From Solirubrobacteraceae bacterium (GTDB lineage: Bacteria; Actinomycetota; Thermoleophilia; Solirubrobacterales; Solirubrobacteraceae), in the NCBI GenBank assembly GCA_052145475.1, contig JBKQOO010000086.1, positions 21,360-85,359 on the forward strand: a DNA stretch of 64,000 nucleotides. The letters are read 5' to 3'. Positions 8,691 to 19,061 of this stretch are shown here, piece by piece. Below the pieces are notes generated by a model that did no database searches, was not told the DNA's origin, and saw nothing but the letters and a program-made list of their open reading frames with translations. A program made the position numbers and the translations under genes. Numbering within the stretch: position 1 is the stretch's first letter; every line of letters starts with the position of its first letter.

Positions 8691-10136
8691 GTGGCCGCGC
8701 CTTCCGAACCTCACGCGACGACGGCGGGCGGGGCCGGCGCCCGCGCGGCACCGCTGCCGGGTGACGTGCTCGTCATCTTCGGCATCACCGGCGATCTGGC
8801 CAAGGTGATGACGTTCCTCTCCCTGTACCGGCTCGAGAAGCGCGGGCTGCTGCACTACCCGATCGTGGGCGTCGCCGGCGACGACTGGACGCTCGACCAT
8901 CTCCGCGAGCACGCGCGCGAATCGATCGAAGGCACAGGCGAAACGGTGGATCAGGCCGTCTTCGACCGGTTCGCGGCGCGGCTGTCCTACGTCAGCGGCG
9001 ATTTCACCGACGCCGCAACCTACGAGCGGTTGAAGGCGAAGGTCGGCCAGGCGCAGAGCCCTGTCTTCTACCTGGAGATCCCGCCCTTCCTGTTCGGGCC
9101 CGTGATCAAGCAGCTCTCGGACGCGGGGCTGACCGAGAAAGCGCGCGTCGTCGTCGAGAAGCCCTTCGGTCACGACCTGGCCTCCGCCCGAGCGCTCGCC
9201 GCCGAAATCCACAAGTACATCGAGGAGTCCCAGCTCTACCGGATCGACCACTTCCTGGGGAAGATGGGCACCGACGAGTTCCTCTACCTGCGCTTCGCCA
9301 ACACGATGATCGAGCCGATCTGGGACCGCAATCACGTGGCGTGCGTGCAGATCACGATGGCCGAGAGCTTCGGCGTCGAGGATCGCGGTCACTTCTACGA
9401 CCCCGTCGGCGCCGTGCGCGACGTCGTCGTCAACCATCTCATGCAGACAGTCGCGCTCGCCGCCATGGAGGCACCGGCCGACAGGAACCCGGAAACGCTC
9501 AAGGACGCGAAGGTCGCGCTCTTCAAGTCCATCCACGACGCCGACCCGGCCCACTACGTGCGTGGTCAATACGACGGGTACCTCGACATCGACGGGGTGG
9601 CAAAGGACTCGAGCACCGAGACGTACGCGGCGCTGCGACTGGAGATCGACAACTGGCGCTGGGCGGGCGTCCCATGGTTCATCCGCACAGGCAAGCGCCT
9701 TCCCGTGACCCAGACCGAGCTGAGAGCCGTGTTTCGCGACCCGCCGCGGCTGGGCTTCCTGGAGCACGGTCACCGTCGCCCCGAGCCCAACCAGTTCGTC
9801 GTCAGGCTGGATCCCTCGACCGGGACCCGCCTCGTCCTCGACGCCCACCGCGCCGACCTCTCCGGCCCCGAGGCGATCTCCTTCGACGTCGAGTTCGCCG
9901 TGCAGGGCGGCGAGGCCCCGACCCCTTACGAGGCGCTGCTGATGGACGCGATGCGGGGAGACAGCACCCGCTTCACCCGCCAGGACGGGGTCGAAGAGAC
10001 GTGGCGCATCTTCGAACCGCTGCTGCAGAACCCGCCCCCGGTGCACAAATACGACCCCGGCTCGTGGGGTCCGGCCGCCGGCGAAGAGCTGGTCGCCGGG
10101 TTCGGAGGTTGGCACGGTCCCTGGGTCGGCACGTGA
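8691..10136 (+). CDS. zwf: Glucose-6-phosphate 1-dehydrogenase
   Basis: IFGITGDLA, EKPFG, RIDHFLGK, RWAGVPWFIRTGK. Confidence 0.96.
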   Translation: MAAPSEPHATTAGGAGARAAPLPGDVLVIFGITGDLAKVMTFLSLYRLEKRGLLHYPIVGVAGDDWTLDHLREHARESIEGTGETVDQAVFDRFAARLSYVSGDFTDAATYERLKAKVGQAQSPVFYLEIPPFLFGPVIKQLSDAGLTEKARVVVEKPFGHDLASARALAAEIHKYIEESQLYRIDHFLGKMGTDEFLYLRFANTMIEPIWDRNHVACVQITMAESFGVEDRGHFYDPVGAVRDVVVNHLMQTVALAAMEAPADRNPETLKDAKVALFKSIHDADPAHYVRGQYDGYLDIDGVAKDSSTETYAALRLEIDNWRWAGVPWFIRTGKRLPVTQTELRAVFRDPPRLGFLEHGHRRPEPNQFVVRLDPSTGTRLVLDAHRADLSGPEAISFDVEFAVQGGEAPTPYEALLMDAMRGDSTRFTRQDGVEETWRIFEPLLQNPPPVHKYDPGSWGPAAGEELVAGFGGWHGPWVGT

Positions 10137-11686
10137 GCTCCTACGACGTGATCATCATCGGCAGCGGCGCAGGCGGCGGGACGCTGGCGCGACACCTCGC
10201 TCCCTCGGGCAAGCGCATCCTGCTGCTCGAGCGCGGCGACTGGCTGCCGCGCGAGCCGCAGAACTGGTCCGCCGCGGAGGTGTTCGAGGACAACCGCTAC
10301 GTCTCCCCGGACACCTGGTATGACGGCGACGGCAACGCCTTCCAGCCGCAGGTGCACTACTACGTCGGCGGCGCGACCAAGCTCTACGGCGCGGCGCTCT
10401 ATCGCTTCCGCGAGCAGGACTTCGGGGAGATCCGACAGCACGGGGGCATCTCGCCCGCGTGGCCGATCTCCTACCAGGAGCTGGAGCCCTATTACACGAA
10501 GGCCGAGCAGCTCTACCAGGTGCACGGCGTTCGCGGCGAGGACCCCACCGAACCACCCGCGAGCGCGCCCTACCCGTTCCCGGCGGTGACGCACGAACCG
10601 CGCATCCAGCAGCTCGCGGATGACTTCGCCGCGGCGGGGCTGCACCCGTTCCACGCTCCCTGCGGGGTGATGCTCGACGAGGCCGACATGCCCTACAGCA
10701 GCTGCATACGCTGCTCGACCTGCGACGGCTTTCCGTGTCTGGTCCACGCCAAGTCCGACGCCGAGGTGCTGGGTGTTCGACCGGCGCTGGAGCACGACAA
10801 CGTGACGCTCGTGACAAACGCGACCGCGCTGTCTCTCACGACCAGTGCCGCCGGGACGGAGGTCACCGAGGTCGTCGTCGAGCGCGACGGCGCCCGCGAG
10901 ACCCACAGCGGCGACATCGTCGTCGTCTCCGCCGGCGCGGCCAACAGCGCGAAGCTGCTGCTCTGCTCGGCCGGCGACAAGCATCCGAACGGCCTGGCCA
11001 ACGGCTCCGACCAGGTCGGGCGCAACTACATGTTCCACAACAGCCAGGCGGTCCTCGCGATCTCCAAGGAGCCCAACCCGACCGTCTTCCAGAAGACCCT
11101 GGGCGTCAACGACTACTACTTCGCCAGCGACGCCTGGGAGTACCCGATGGGGAACATCCAGATGGTCGGCAAGTCCGTCGCGGCGATGTACCGGGGCGAG
11201 AAGCCCGTGATCACGAAACTGGCCCCGTTCGGGCTCTCGCTGAACGAGGTCGCCGAGCACGCCGTCGACTTCTGGCTCTCGACCGAGGACCTGCCACGGG
11301 CGGAGAACCGCGTGACGGTCGACCAGGAAGGCAAAGTGACCCTGCGCTACAAGCCCAGCAACGACACCGCCAGGAACCGACTGCTCGAGCAGCTGCGCTC
11401 GCTGCTTGGGCACCTCGGTATGCACGAGCATCACCTGATCCCGCGCTGGGCATATCTGGAGAACAAGATTCCCGTGGCCGGCGTCGCCCATCAGGCGGGC
11501 ACCTGCAGATTCGGCTCGGACCCGGCCTCCTCGGTGCTCGACACCGACTGCCGCGCGCACGAGGTCGACAACCTCTACGTCGTCGACACGAGCTTCTTCC
11601 CCAGCATCTCGGCGGTGAACCCCGCGCTGACCGCGATGGCCAACGCGGTGCGCGTCGGCGATCACCTGCTGCAGCGCCTTGGCTGA
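10133..11686 (+). CDS. GMC family FAD oxidoreductase with a Cys-rich Fe-S motif
   Basis: GSGAGGGT, VGGATKLYGA, CIRCSTCDGFPC, VGRNYMFH, HQAGTCRFG, NPALT; GTG overlaps the zwf stop. Confidence 0.93.
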   Translation: MSSYDVIIIGSGAGGGTLARHLAPSGKRILLLERGDWLPREPQNWSAAEVFEDNRYVSPDTWYDGDGNAFQPQVHYYVGGATKLYGAALYRFREQDFGEIRQHGGISPAWPISYQELEPYYTKAEQLYQVHGVRGEDPTEPPASAPYPFPAVTHEPRIQQLADDFAAAGLHPFHAPCGVMLDEADMPYSSCIRCSTCDGFPCLVHAKSDAEVLGVRPALEHDNVTLVTNATALSLTTSAAGTEVTEVVVERDGARETHSGDIVVVSAGAANSAKLLLCSAGDKHPNGLANGSDQVGRNYMFHNSQAVLAISKEPNPTVFQKTLGVNDYYFASDAWEYPMGNIQMVGKSVAAMYRGEKPVITKLAPFGLSLNEVAEHAVDFWLSTEDLPRAENRVTVDQEGKVTLRYKPSNDTARNRLLEQLRSLLGHLGMHEHHLIPRWAYLENKIPVAGVAHQAGTCRFGSDPASSVLDTDCRAHEVDNLYVVDTSFFPSISAVNPALTAMANAVRVGDHLLQRLG

Positions 11687-11745
11687 ATCCGCAGCCGCGA
11701 CCCTCGAGAGGGGAGCCGGAGCCCGGGGGGAGGCATGATCGGCGG

Positions 11746-13401
11746 ATGAGAGCGCTCGATCCGAGACTGCTGCGCTACGGCCACGCGACGCGGACGTTCC
11801 TGATCGCGTCGGTGAGTCTCGGCGTGCTCAGCGCGCTGCTGATCGTCGCGCAGGCTTGGCTGCTCGCCGACGTCGTCTCACAGGCGTTCCTCGGCGGCCG
11901 ATCGGTCGCAGCGCTCGGCGCTCCGATCGGCGCCCTGCTCTTCGTCGTCCTGGCTCGCTCCGTCGTCGTCTGGGCCGCCGAGCTGACGGCGAGCCGCTCC
12001 TCGGCGCGCGTCAAGTCCCAGCTGCGAGCCGCGCTGCTGACGCGGATCGGAGGTCTCGGTTCCGGCGGCGCCCGCGGTCGCCGAGCCGGCGAGCTGACGG
12101 TCCTGGCGACGCGAGGGATCGACGCACTGGACGGCTACTTCTCGCTCTACCTGCCGCAGCTTTTCCTCGCCGTGATCGTGCCAGTCGTCGTGATCGTCGC
12201 TGTGCTGTGGCACGACTGGATCTCCGCGCTCATCATCGTGATCACGATCCCGCTGATCCCTGTGTTCATGGCGCTCGTCGGCGCCACGACGCGGCAGCGG
12301 ATGGACCTCCAGCTGCGGACGCTGGAGCGGCTGGCCGGACATTTCCTGGACGTCGTCGCGGGCCTCCCGACGCTGAAGGTCTTCGGCCGCGCAAAGGCGC
12401 AGGCGGCGGCGATCCGCGAGATCAGCGAGCGCTACCGCGAGGCCGCGATGGCGACGCTCCGGATCACGTTCCTCTCATCGCTGATCCTGGAGCTCGTCGC
12501 GACGATCTCGGTCGCGCTCGTGGCGGTCGCGATCGGGCTGCGCCTGATGAACGGCGAGCTCGATCTGCGGGTCGGGTTGTTCGCGCTGGTGCTGGCCCCG
12601 GAGGCCTTTCTGCCGCTGCGCCAGCTCGGCGCCAACTATCACGCCAGCGCCGAGGGGATGGCGGCCGCCGAGCAGATCTTCGAGGTGCTCGAATCGCCTC
12701 TGCCTCCAGCGGGCAGGCGCACCAGCTTTCCCGACCCTGCCGTCGCCGAGATCGAGATCGAGGACCTCGATGTCACCTACCCCGGTCGCTCCAAGCCAGC
12801 GCTGGAAGACGTCTCGCTGACCCTCGGGGCGGGCGAGGTGACCGCGCTGGTCGGTCCCAGCGGCTGCGGGAAGTCCACCCTGCTGCAGGTGCTGCTCGGG
12901 CTGATCAGGCCCGACGGGGGCTCGGTGCGGATCGGCGGGGTGGAGCTCGCCGAGCTGGATCCGGACGCCTGGCGCAGGCAACTCGCGTGGGTGCCCCAGC
13001 GGCCGCATCTGTTCAACGCGTCGATCGCCGAGAACGTCCGTCTCGGGCGCAGCGGAGCCACGGAGCCGGAGGTCTGGCGTGCGCTCTCGGACGCCGGGCT
13101 GGCCGATCCGATCCGCGCTCTGCCGCGAGGTCTCGACACCCGGCTCGGCGAGCGCGGCGCGGGGCTCTCGGCCGGGGAGCGACAGCGCCTCGCCCTCGCC
13201 CGCGCCTTCCTGCGCGATGCTCCGCTGCTGGTGCTCGACGAGCCGACCGCGAACCTCGACGGCGAGACCGAGCTCGAGCTCGTGCAATCGATCCGTCGGC
13301 TGTCACGCGGCCGCACCGTGCTGCTCGTCGCCCATCGACCCGCCCTGACGGCGATGGCGGATCGCGTCGTGGCGCTGGCTCCGGCCCGGGTCCCGGCATG
13401 A
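11746..13401 (+). CDS. cydD: Thiol reductant/heme ABC exporter subunit CydD
   Basis: LDGYFSLYLPQL, LAPEAFLPLRQLGANYHAS, Walker A GPSGCGKS, LSAGERQR. Confidence 0.95.
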   Translation: MRALDPRLLRYGHATRTFLIASVSLGVLSALLIVAQAWLLADVVSQAFLGGRSVAALGAPIGALLFVVLARSVVVWAAELTASRSSARVKSQLRAALLTRIGGLGSGGARGRRAGELTVLATRGIDALDGYFSLYLPQLFLAVIVPVVVIVAVLWHDWISALIIVITIPLIPVFMALVGATTRQRMDLQLRTLERLAGHFLDVVAGLPTLKVFGRAKAQAAAIREISERYREAAMATLRITFLSSLILELVATISVALVAVAIGLRLMNGELDLRVGLFALVLAPEAFLPLRQLGANYHASAEGMAAAEQIFEVLESPLPPAGRRTSFPDPAVAEIEIEDLDVTYPGRSKPALEDVSLTLGAGEVTALVGPSGCGKSTLLQVLLGLIRPDGGSVRIGGVELAELDPDAWRRQLAWVPQRPHLFNASIAENVRLGRSGATEPEVWRALSDAGLADPIRALPRGLDTRLGERGAGLSAGERQRLALARAFLRDAPLLVLDEPTANLDGETELELVQSIRRLSRGRTVLLVAHRPALTAMADRVVALAPARVPA

Positions 13402-15179
13402 GAGCCAGCGACGCCACCGCGATACCGGGCCGCGAAGGCGATGAACACGGATCGCAGGCCCCGCTGCGCCGGACGCTCGCGATCATCCGCCCCGCTCGCG
13501 GCCGCCTGGCGCTCGCGACCTTGATCGGAGCGGGCGCGGCCGCAGCGGCGATCGGGCTGATGGCGACCTCCGCGTGGCTGATCTCCAGATCGGCGCAGCG
13601 CCCTGAGGAGTCGGTCGTCGCGGTGGCCATCGTCGGCGTACAGTTCTTCGCCCTCGCCAGGGGCCTCTGCCGTTACGGCGAGCGTCTGGTCGGGCACGAC
13701 GCGGCGTTCCGCGTGCTGTCGGAGCTCAGGGTCAGCGTCTACCAGCGCCTGGAGCGACTCGCTCCACTGGGCCTTCCGGTCTTCCGCAGCGGCGATCTGC
13801 TGGCCCGTCTGATCCATGACGTCGACGCGTTGCAGGACCTGCTGTTGCGGGTCGTGCCGCCCTTCGCCATCGCGGTCGGCGTGGGCGCCGCGACGGTGGC
13901 CCTCGTGTTCTGGATGCTGCCGGCGGCCGGCCTGATCCTGCTCGTGGCGCTGCTGATCGCCGGAACCGCGGTCCCCTGGCTGACCGGGGTGCTGGCGGCT
14001 CGCGGCGAGGCGCGGCAGGCGGCTGCTCGCGCGGAGCTGACCGAGACCGTGCTCGACCTGATCGAGGGCGCCCCTGAGCTGGCCGTCAACGGCGCGACGG
14101 CGCAGCAGCTGGGGCGAACCCGCGACGCGGACGCCGCCCTCACCCGGATCGCCCGGGCGAGCGCGCGCACGGCGGGTGTGGGCCAGGGTCTGACGACGCT
14201 GTGCTGCGGCCTGGCGATGTGGGGCGCGCTGCTCGTCGGCGTCGCCGCCGTCCATGCAGGACGCCTGAACGGCGTGCTGCTCGCCGGCCTGGCGCTGATC
14301 CCGCTGGTCGCGTTCGAGCTGGTCACCGGGCTGCCCGCTGCGACCCAGACGCTGCAGCGGGTCCGTCGCTCGGCCGCACGGGTGCAGGAGGTGATGGATG
14401 CGCCGCTGCTCGTGACCGAGCCCGTCGATCCGCTCCCACTGCCCGCGCCGCCGTACTCGATCCGGAGTCGTGGCGCGCGCTTTCGCTACCCGCACGCGTC
14501 CCGCCAGGCTCTGGACGGCGTCGACCTCGACCTGAGCCCGGGCAGGCGCGTCGCGCTGGTCGGCCGCAGCGGCGCCGGCAAGTCGACGCTTGCCGGGGTG
14601 CTCATGAGATTTCTGGAATATCAAGAGGGATCGGTGAAACTCAACGGCGTCGAGCTGGCCGAGCTGGACGGCGACGAGTCCAGGCGGGTGGTGGGGCTGG
14701 CCTCCCAGGAGGCACACATCTTCGACAGCACGATCGAGGAGAACCTGCGGCTGGCCAGTCGGCACGCGAGCGCAGAGGAGATGCGCGCCGCGCTCGCCAG
14801 CGTCCAGCTGCTCGAGTGGGTGGAGCAGCTCCCGTCCGGACTGCGCACGGAGGTGGGCGAGCACGGCGCGCGCCTGTCCGGTGGTCAACGTCAACGCCTG
14901 ACCATCGCCAGGGCCCTGCTCGCCGACTTCCCCCTGCTGATCCTCGACGAGCCGGGCGAGCACCTCGACACGCCGACCGCGGATGCGATCGTCGCCGACC
15001 TGCTCGCGGTCACCCGCGAACGGGCCACGCTGCTGATCACCCACCGTCTGACCGGGCTGGAGGAGGTGGACGAAGTGATCGTGATGGAGCACGGGCGCCT
15101 CGTGGAGCGCGGCACCCACGCCGAGCTGCTGCTGCTCGGCGGTCGCTATGCGGCCTTGTGGCGGCAGGAGAGCGGCTAG
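13398..15179 (+). CDS. cydC: Thiol reductant/heme ABC exporter subunit CydC
   Basis: LMATSAWLI, RYGERLVGHDAAFR, GRSGAGKS, LSGGQRQR; ATGA overlap. Confidence 0.95.
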   Translation: MRASDATAIPGREGDEHGSQAPLRRTLAIIRPARGRLALATLIGAGAAAAAIGLMATSAWLISRSAQRPEESVVAVAIVGVQFFALARGLCRYGERLVGHDAAFRVLSELRVSVYQRLERLAPLGLPVFRSGDLLARLIHDVDALQDLLLRVVPPFAIAVGVGAATVALVFWMLPAAGLILLVALLIAGTAVPWLTGVLAARGEARQAAARAELTETVLDLIEGAPELAVNGATAQQLGRTRDADAALTRIARASARTAGVGQGLTTLCCGLAMWGALLVGVAAVHAGRLNGVLLAGLALIPLVAFELVTGLPAATQTLQRVRRSAARVQEVMDAPLLVTEPVDPLPLPAPPYSIRSRGARFRYPHASRQALDGVDLDLSPGRRVALVGRSGAGKSTLAGVLMRFLEYQEGSVKLNGVELAELDGDESRRVVGLASQEAHIFDSTIEENLRLASRHASAEEMRAALASVQLLEWVEQLPSGLRTEVGEHGARLSGGQRQRLTIARALLADFPLLILDEPGEHLDTPTADAIVADLLAVTRERATLLITHRLTGLEEVDEVIVMEHGRLVERGTHAELLLLGGRYAALWRQESG

Positions 15180-16540
15180 TCGCCGCTGCGCTCGTTCACG
15201 AGCTGGGACATGTCTTCTTCGCCGGGTCTCACACCGGCTCGCATCTCGACGAGCCGGGCCGAGACCTGGTGCATCGTGATGGTGCGCTCGTCGCGTGAGT
15301 TCCCCACGAACGCACCGAGCCACCTGAAAAGCGTGATCCAGCGGTTCTTGAAACCGGTCAGGAACGTCAGGTGCACGAATGCCCACATCAGCCAGCCGAT
15401 GAACCCGCCGACCTCGATGCCCTTGAAGCTCACGACCGCGCGGAAGCGCGAGATCGTCGCCATGCTGCCGAGATCGCGATAGACGAAGGGCTTCGCCGTG
15501 GCGTCCCCCTCCAGGCGCCGCTTGATCGTGCGAGACGCGTGGATGCCGGACTGCATCGCCACCTCGGCGACCCCCGGGAGGTCGTTCAGGGCCATCAGGT
15601 CGCCTATGACGAACACCTCGGGATGCCCTGGCAGCGTGCAGTCGGGCAGCACTTCGACGTGCCCGGCGCGGTCGCTGCCGGCGCCGGTCGCGTCCGCCAG
15701 CATCGCCCCCAGCGGCGAGGCCTGCACCCCGGCCGACCAGACCTTCGTGTGACATGGGACCCGTTCCTCGCCATCCGCGCCCTGGACGACGATCCCCTCC
15801 GGTTTGACGTCGGTCACCCGGCTGTGCATGCGCAGCTCGACGCCGACACGCTCGATCTCCTTGGTGGCCTTGGCGCAGAGGTTGTGGCCGAAGGTGGCCA
15901 GCGGCTCGTTGCCGCCGTCGAACAGCAGCACCCGCGCGCTCGCCGGATCGATCCGGCGGAAGTTGTCCTTGAGCGCTCGTTTCGAGAGTTCGGCGATCTG
16001 ACCCGCCATCTCAACCCCCGTCGGCCCGGCACCGATGACGGCGAACGTCAGCCATAGCCGCTGGGCCTCGGGATCCTCCTCGAGCTCGGCCATCTCGAAG
16101 GCTCCGAAGATGCGTGCCCGAAGCTCGAGCGCGTCGTCGACCGTCTTCATGGCCGGCGCGAACCTGGCGAACTCGTCATGGCCGAAGTAGGACCCGGCAG
16201 CGCCGGCGGCCACGATCAGCGAGTCGTAGGGCACGGTGAGGGCCGGTCCCATCGGCCGCACCGCGGTCACGGTCCTGGCCTGCAGATCGAAGGCGGTCAC
16301 GTCGGCCAGCTCGACGAGCACGTTGCGATGCTTGCGCAGCACCTGGCGCAGCGGCGGCGCGACGGCGCCCTCCGAGAGGATCCCGGTCGCCAGCTGATAG
16401 AGCAGAGGCTGGAAGGTGTGGTGGTTGGTCTTGTCGATCACCGTGACATCGACAGGGACGCGCCGCAGGAACTTCGCGGCGAACAGCCCGCCGAAACCGC
16501 CGCCGACGATCACCACACGGTGGGGCGAGCGGTCGCTCAT
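15176..16540 (-). CDS. ndh: Type II NADH dehydrogenase
   Basis: VIVGGGFGG, FQPLLYQ, GAGPTGVEMAG, PGVAEVAMQSG, YRDLGSMATI. Confidence 0.93.
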   Translation of the reverse strand: MSDRSPHRVVIVGGGFGGLFAAKFLRRVPVDVTVIDKTNHHTFQPLLYQLATGILSEGAVAPPLRQVLRKHRNVLVELADVTAFDLQARTVTAVRPMGPALTVPYDSLIVAAGAAGSYFGHDEFARFAPAMKTVDDALELRARIFGAFEMAELEEDPEAQRLWLTFAVIGAGPTGVEMAGQIAELSKRALKDNFRRIDPASARVLLFDGGNEPLATFGHNLCAKATKEIERVGVELRMHSRVTDVKPEGIVVQGADGEERVPCHTKVWSAGVQASPLGAMLADATGAGSDRAGHVEVLPDCTLPGHPEVFVIGDLMALNDLPGVAEVAMQSGIHASRTIKRRLEGDATAKPFVYRDLGSMATISRFRAVVSFKGIEVGGFIGWLMWAFVHLTFLTGFKNRWITLFRWLGAFVGNSRDERTITMHQVSARLVEMRAGVRPGEEDMSQLVNERSGD

Positions 16541-17586
16541 GCTCCCGCCTGGGCAGGCGGCGCGCCCGCCGCGCCGGCGCCGGCGTCCGGGCTCGCGGAG
16601 GGCGCGCTGAGGCGGCCGTGGAAGACGTGAAAGGACCAGCCCTGGTAGAGCAGCACGAGCGGGAGGAAGATCAGGGCGACGATCGTCATCACGGTCAGGG
16701 CATAGTGACCGGAGGCCGTGTTGCTGACGGTGAGGTTGTAGGCCTTGCTGGTGCTGGAGACCATCACGTTGGGATAGAGGTCGATGAAGATCGAGCCGAC
16801 GCTCGCCGCGATCGCGACTGCGGAGGCGGTGAAGGCCCAGCCGTCGTGGTCGGTTCGGGCCAGCATCGCGGCGGCGATCACGGCGATCACCGACAGGACC
16901 TGGACGGGCTCGGGAACGTCGGGGCCGCCCGCGACGCTGCGGGTCCAGATCACGAAGCCGACCACCAGCGCGATCGCGGCCCATCCGAGCGGGCGAGCCA
17001 GCGCGCCGGCGCGTGCCCGCATCCGACCGGTCGTCCTCAGCTTCAGGAAGGTCGCGCCGTGCAGCAGGCAGAGGCCGAGCAGGGTCAGGCCCGTCCACAA
17101 TCCGTAGCCGGTCAGCAGGTCGAAGAAGTTCCCGGTGAAGTCGTGGCTCGAGTTGATCGGCAGGCCGACCAGCAGGTCCCCGAGCCCGACGCCGAGCAGC
17201 AGCGGCACCAGCAGGCTGCCGATCGTCGTGCACCAGCTCCACGTCGTGCGCCAGCGCAGATCGTCTTTTTTGCGCGCGAACTCGAGCGAGACCCCTCGGA
17301 CCATCAGCGCCGCCAGCACCAGAAGCAGCGCCAGGTAGAGCGCGGAGAACATCGTCGCGTACCAGCCCGGGAACGCGGCGAACATGCCCGCCCCGGCGAC
17401 GATCAGCCATACCTCGTTGCCGTCCCACCAGGGGCCGATCGTGCCCAGCGCCACGGCCCGCTCGTCTTCGGTGCTTCCGACCAGCCGGTGCAGTGCGCCG
17501 ACGCCGAAGTCGAACCCCTCGAGCACGAAGAAGCCGACCCACAGGATCGCGATCAGGACGGACCAAAGTGTGTCGAGGTGCAGCAC
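16537..17586 (-). CDS. cydB: Cytochrome bd ubiquinol oxidase subunit II
   Basis: LEGFDFGVG, IGPWWDGNEVWL, FAAFPGWY. Confidence 0.96.
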   Translation of the reverse strand: MLHLDTLWSVLIAILWVGFFVLEGFDFGVGALHRLVGSTEDERAVALGTIGPWWDGNEVWLIVAGAGMFAAFPGWYATMFSALYLALLLVLAALMVRGVSLEFARKKDDLRWRTTWSWCTTIGSLLVPLLLGVGLGDLLVGLPINSSHDFTGNFFDLLTGYGLWTGLTLLGLCLLHGATFLKLRTTGRMRARAGALARPLGWAAIALVVGFVIWTRSVAGGPDVPEPVQVLSVIAVIAAAMLARTDHDGWAFTASAVAIAASVGSIFIDLYPNVMVSSTSKAYNLTVSNTASGHYALTVMTIVALIFLPLVLLYQGWSFHVFHGRLSAPSASPDAGAGAAGAPPAQAGA

Positions 17587-17593
17587 GGCCGCC

Positions 17594-18985
17594 CTAGTAG
17601 CTCATCGCCGGAACGGCGGTCGTGTCGGCGCCGGGCTCGTCGGGGCCTTCCTTGTCGAGTCCTTTGCGCGAGTAGCGCAGCATCAGCGCGAGATCGGCCG
17701 CACCCAGCGCGATGTAGATCAGCACGAAGGCGATCAGGCTGATCCAGATCTCGGTCGAGCTGACCGATGGCGAGCTCGCGTTGATCGTCTTCATCAGCCC
17801 CTGCACGATCCAGGGCTGGCGGCCGTTCTCGGTCAACATCCAGCCGGCCGTGTTCATCAGGAACGGCGTCACGACCGCCCACAGGGACAGGCGCTGGAAC
17901 CACTTCGAGCGCTCGAGCGAGCCTCTGTGGATGAGCCAGCCTCCCCACAGCGCCAGCAGCAGGATCAACGTCGCAAGGTAGGCCATCACCCGCATCGACC
18001 AGTATTGGATGAAGACGTCCGGGATGTAGTTGCCGGGGCCGTATTTCTTTTCGTCTTCCCTCTGCAGCTGGTTCAGGCCGACGACGGGGCCGTTCCAGGT
18101 CCCGGTCGCGAGCACCGACAGCAGGTGCGGTATCTCGATGATCTGCGAGGGCGTCTGATCGTTTTTGCCGCCGCCGATCTGAAATGCCGAGAAGGAGCAG
18201 GGCTGGCAGTCTTCCCACTGCGCCTCGGCGGCGGCGATCTTGGCCGGCTGGTATTTGGTCTCGATTTCTCCGAGCTTGTTGCCGACGAACAGCTGCAGCA
18301 CGATCACGGGCAACAGCACGAGCACCGAGATCCGCGCCGTGATGCGGAACGCCGCGACCTCGCGCTGCTTGCGCAGCTTCCAGGCGGACACGGCGAGCAT
18401 CACGAGCGCGCCCGTGACCAGCGAGGCGAGGATCACGTGGACGTAGCCCCACAGGAAGGTCGGGTTCGTGAACAGTGCCACGACGTTGTTCAGTTCGGGC
18501 TGGCCGTGGCTGTTCAGCACGTAGCCGACGGGATGCTGCATCCACGAGTTGGCCGCCAGGATGAACAGGGCCGAGAGCATCGACCCGATCGCGACCAGCC
18601 AGATGCAGGCGAGGTGAACGCGCTTGGGCAGCCTGTCCCAGCCGAAGATCCACAGGCCGAGGAAGGTCGACTCGAGGAAGAACGCCGCCAGTCCCTCCAT
18701 CGCCAGCGGTCCGCCGAAGACGTCGCCGACAAAGCGCGAGTAGGTCGACCAGTTCATCCCGAACTCGAACTCCTGCACCAGCCCGGTGACGACGCCGACG
18801 GCGACGTTGATCAGCAGCAGCGTCCCGAAGAATTTCGTCAGGCGCTTGTACTCCGGCTTGCCGTTTCGGTACCACGCCGTCTGCAGGACGGCGACCAGGA
18901 AGGCCAGCCCGATCGTCACCGGGACGAACAAGAAGTGGTAGATGCTCGTCGTCGCGAACTGCCAGCGCGCAAGGTCGTTGGTCAT
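17594..18985 (-). CDS. cydA: Cytochrome bd ubiquinol oxidase subunit I
   Basis: LARWQFA..YHFLF, QEFEFGMNW, ANSWMQHP, QPAKIAAAE, ENGRQPW. Confidence 0.97.
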   Translation of the reverse strand: MTNDLARWQFATTSIYHFLFVPVTIGLAFLVAVLQTAWYRNGKPEYKRLTKFFGTLLLINVAVGVVTGLVQEFEFGMNWSTYSRFVGDVFGGPLAMEGLAAFFLESTFLGLWIFGWDRLPKRVHLACIWLVAIGSMLSALFILAANSWMQHPVGYVLNSHGQPELNNVVALFTNPTFLWGYVHVILASLVTGALVMLAVSAWKLRKQREVAAFRITARISVLVLLPVIVLQLFVGNKLGEIETKYQPAKIAAAEAQWEDCQPCSFSAFQIGGGKNDQTPSQIIEIPHLLSVLATGTWNGPVVGLNQLQREDEKKYGPGNYIPDVFIQYWSMRVMAYLATLILLLALWGGWLIHRGSLERSKWFQRLSLWAVVTPFLMNTAGWMLTENGRQPWIVQGLMKTINASSPSVSSTEIWISLIAFVLIYIALGAADLALMLRYSRKGLDKEGPDEPGADTTAVPAMSY

Positions 18986-19061
18986 CTCGAGGCTCGTTCT
19001 CGCCGGTGGGTTGCATCACGCGGACGCCAGAGCGATCCTAGGCGCAGGCGCCGACGCGGCA

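Noticed and set aside
11733-11749. GCATGA-N5-GGATGA before cydD as another palindrome copy
   Set aside because: Left arm is poor and the right arm includes the start codon; could be chance
9341-17566. Apparent long N-terminal extensions or fusions of GMC, CydD, CydC and Ndh in the ORF track
   Set aside because: The extensions overlap upstream genes in another frame; true starts are at coupled GTGA/ATGA junctions or the first motif-bearing ATG
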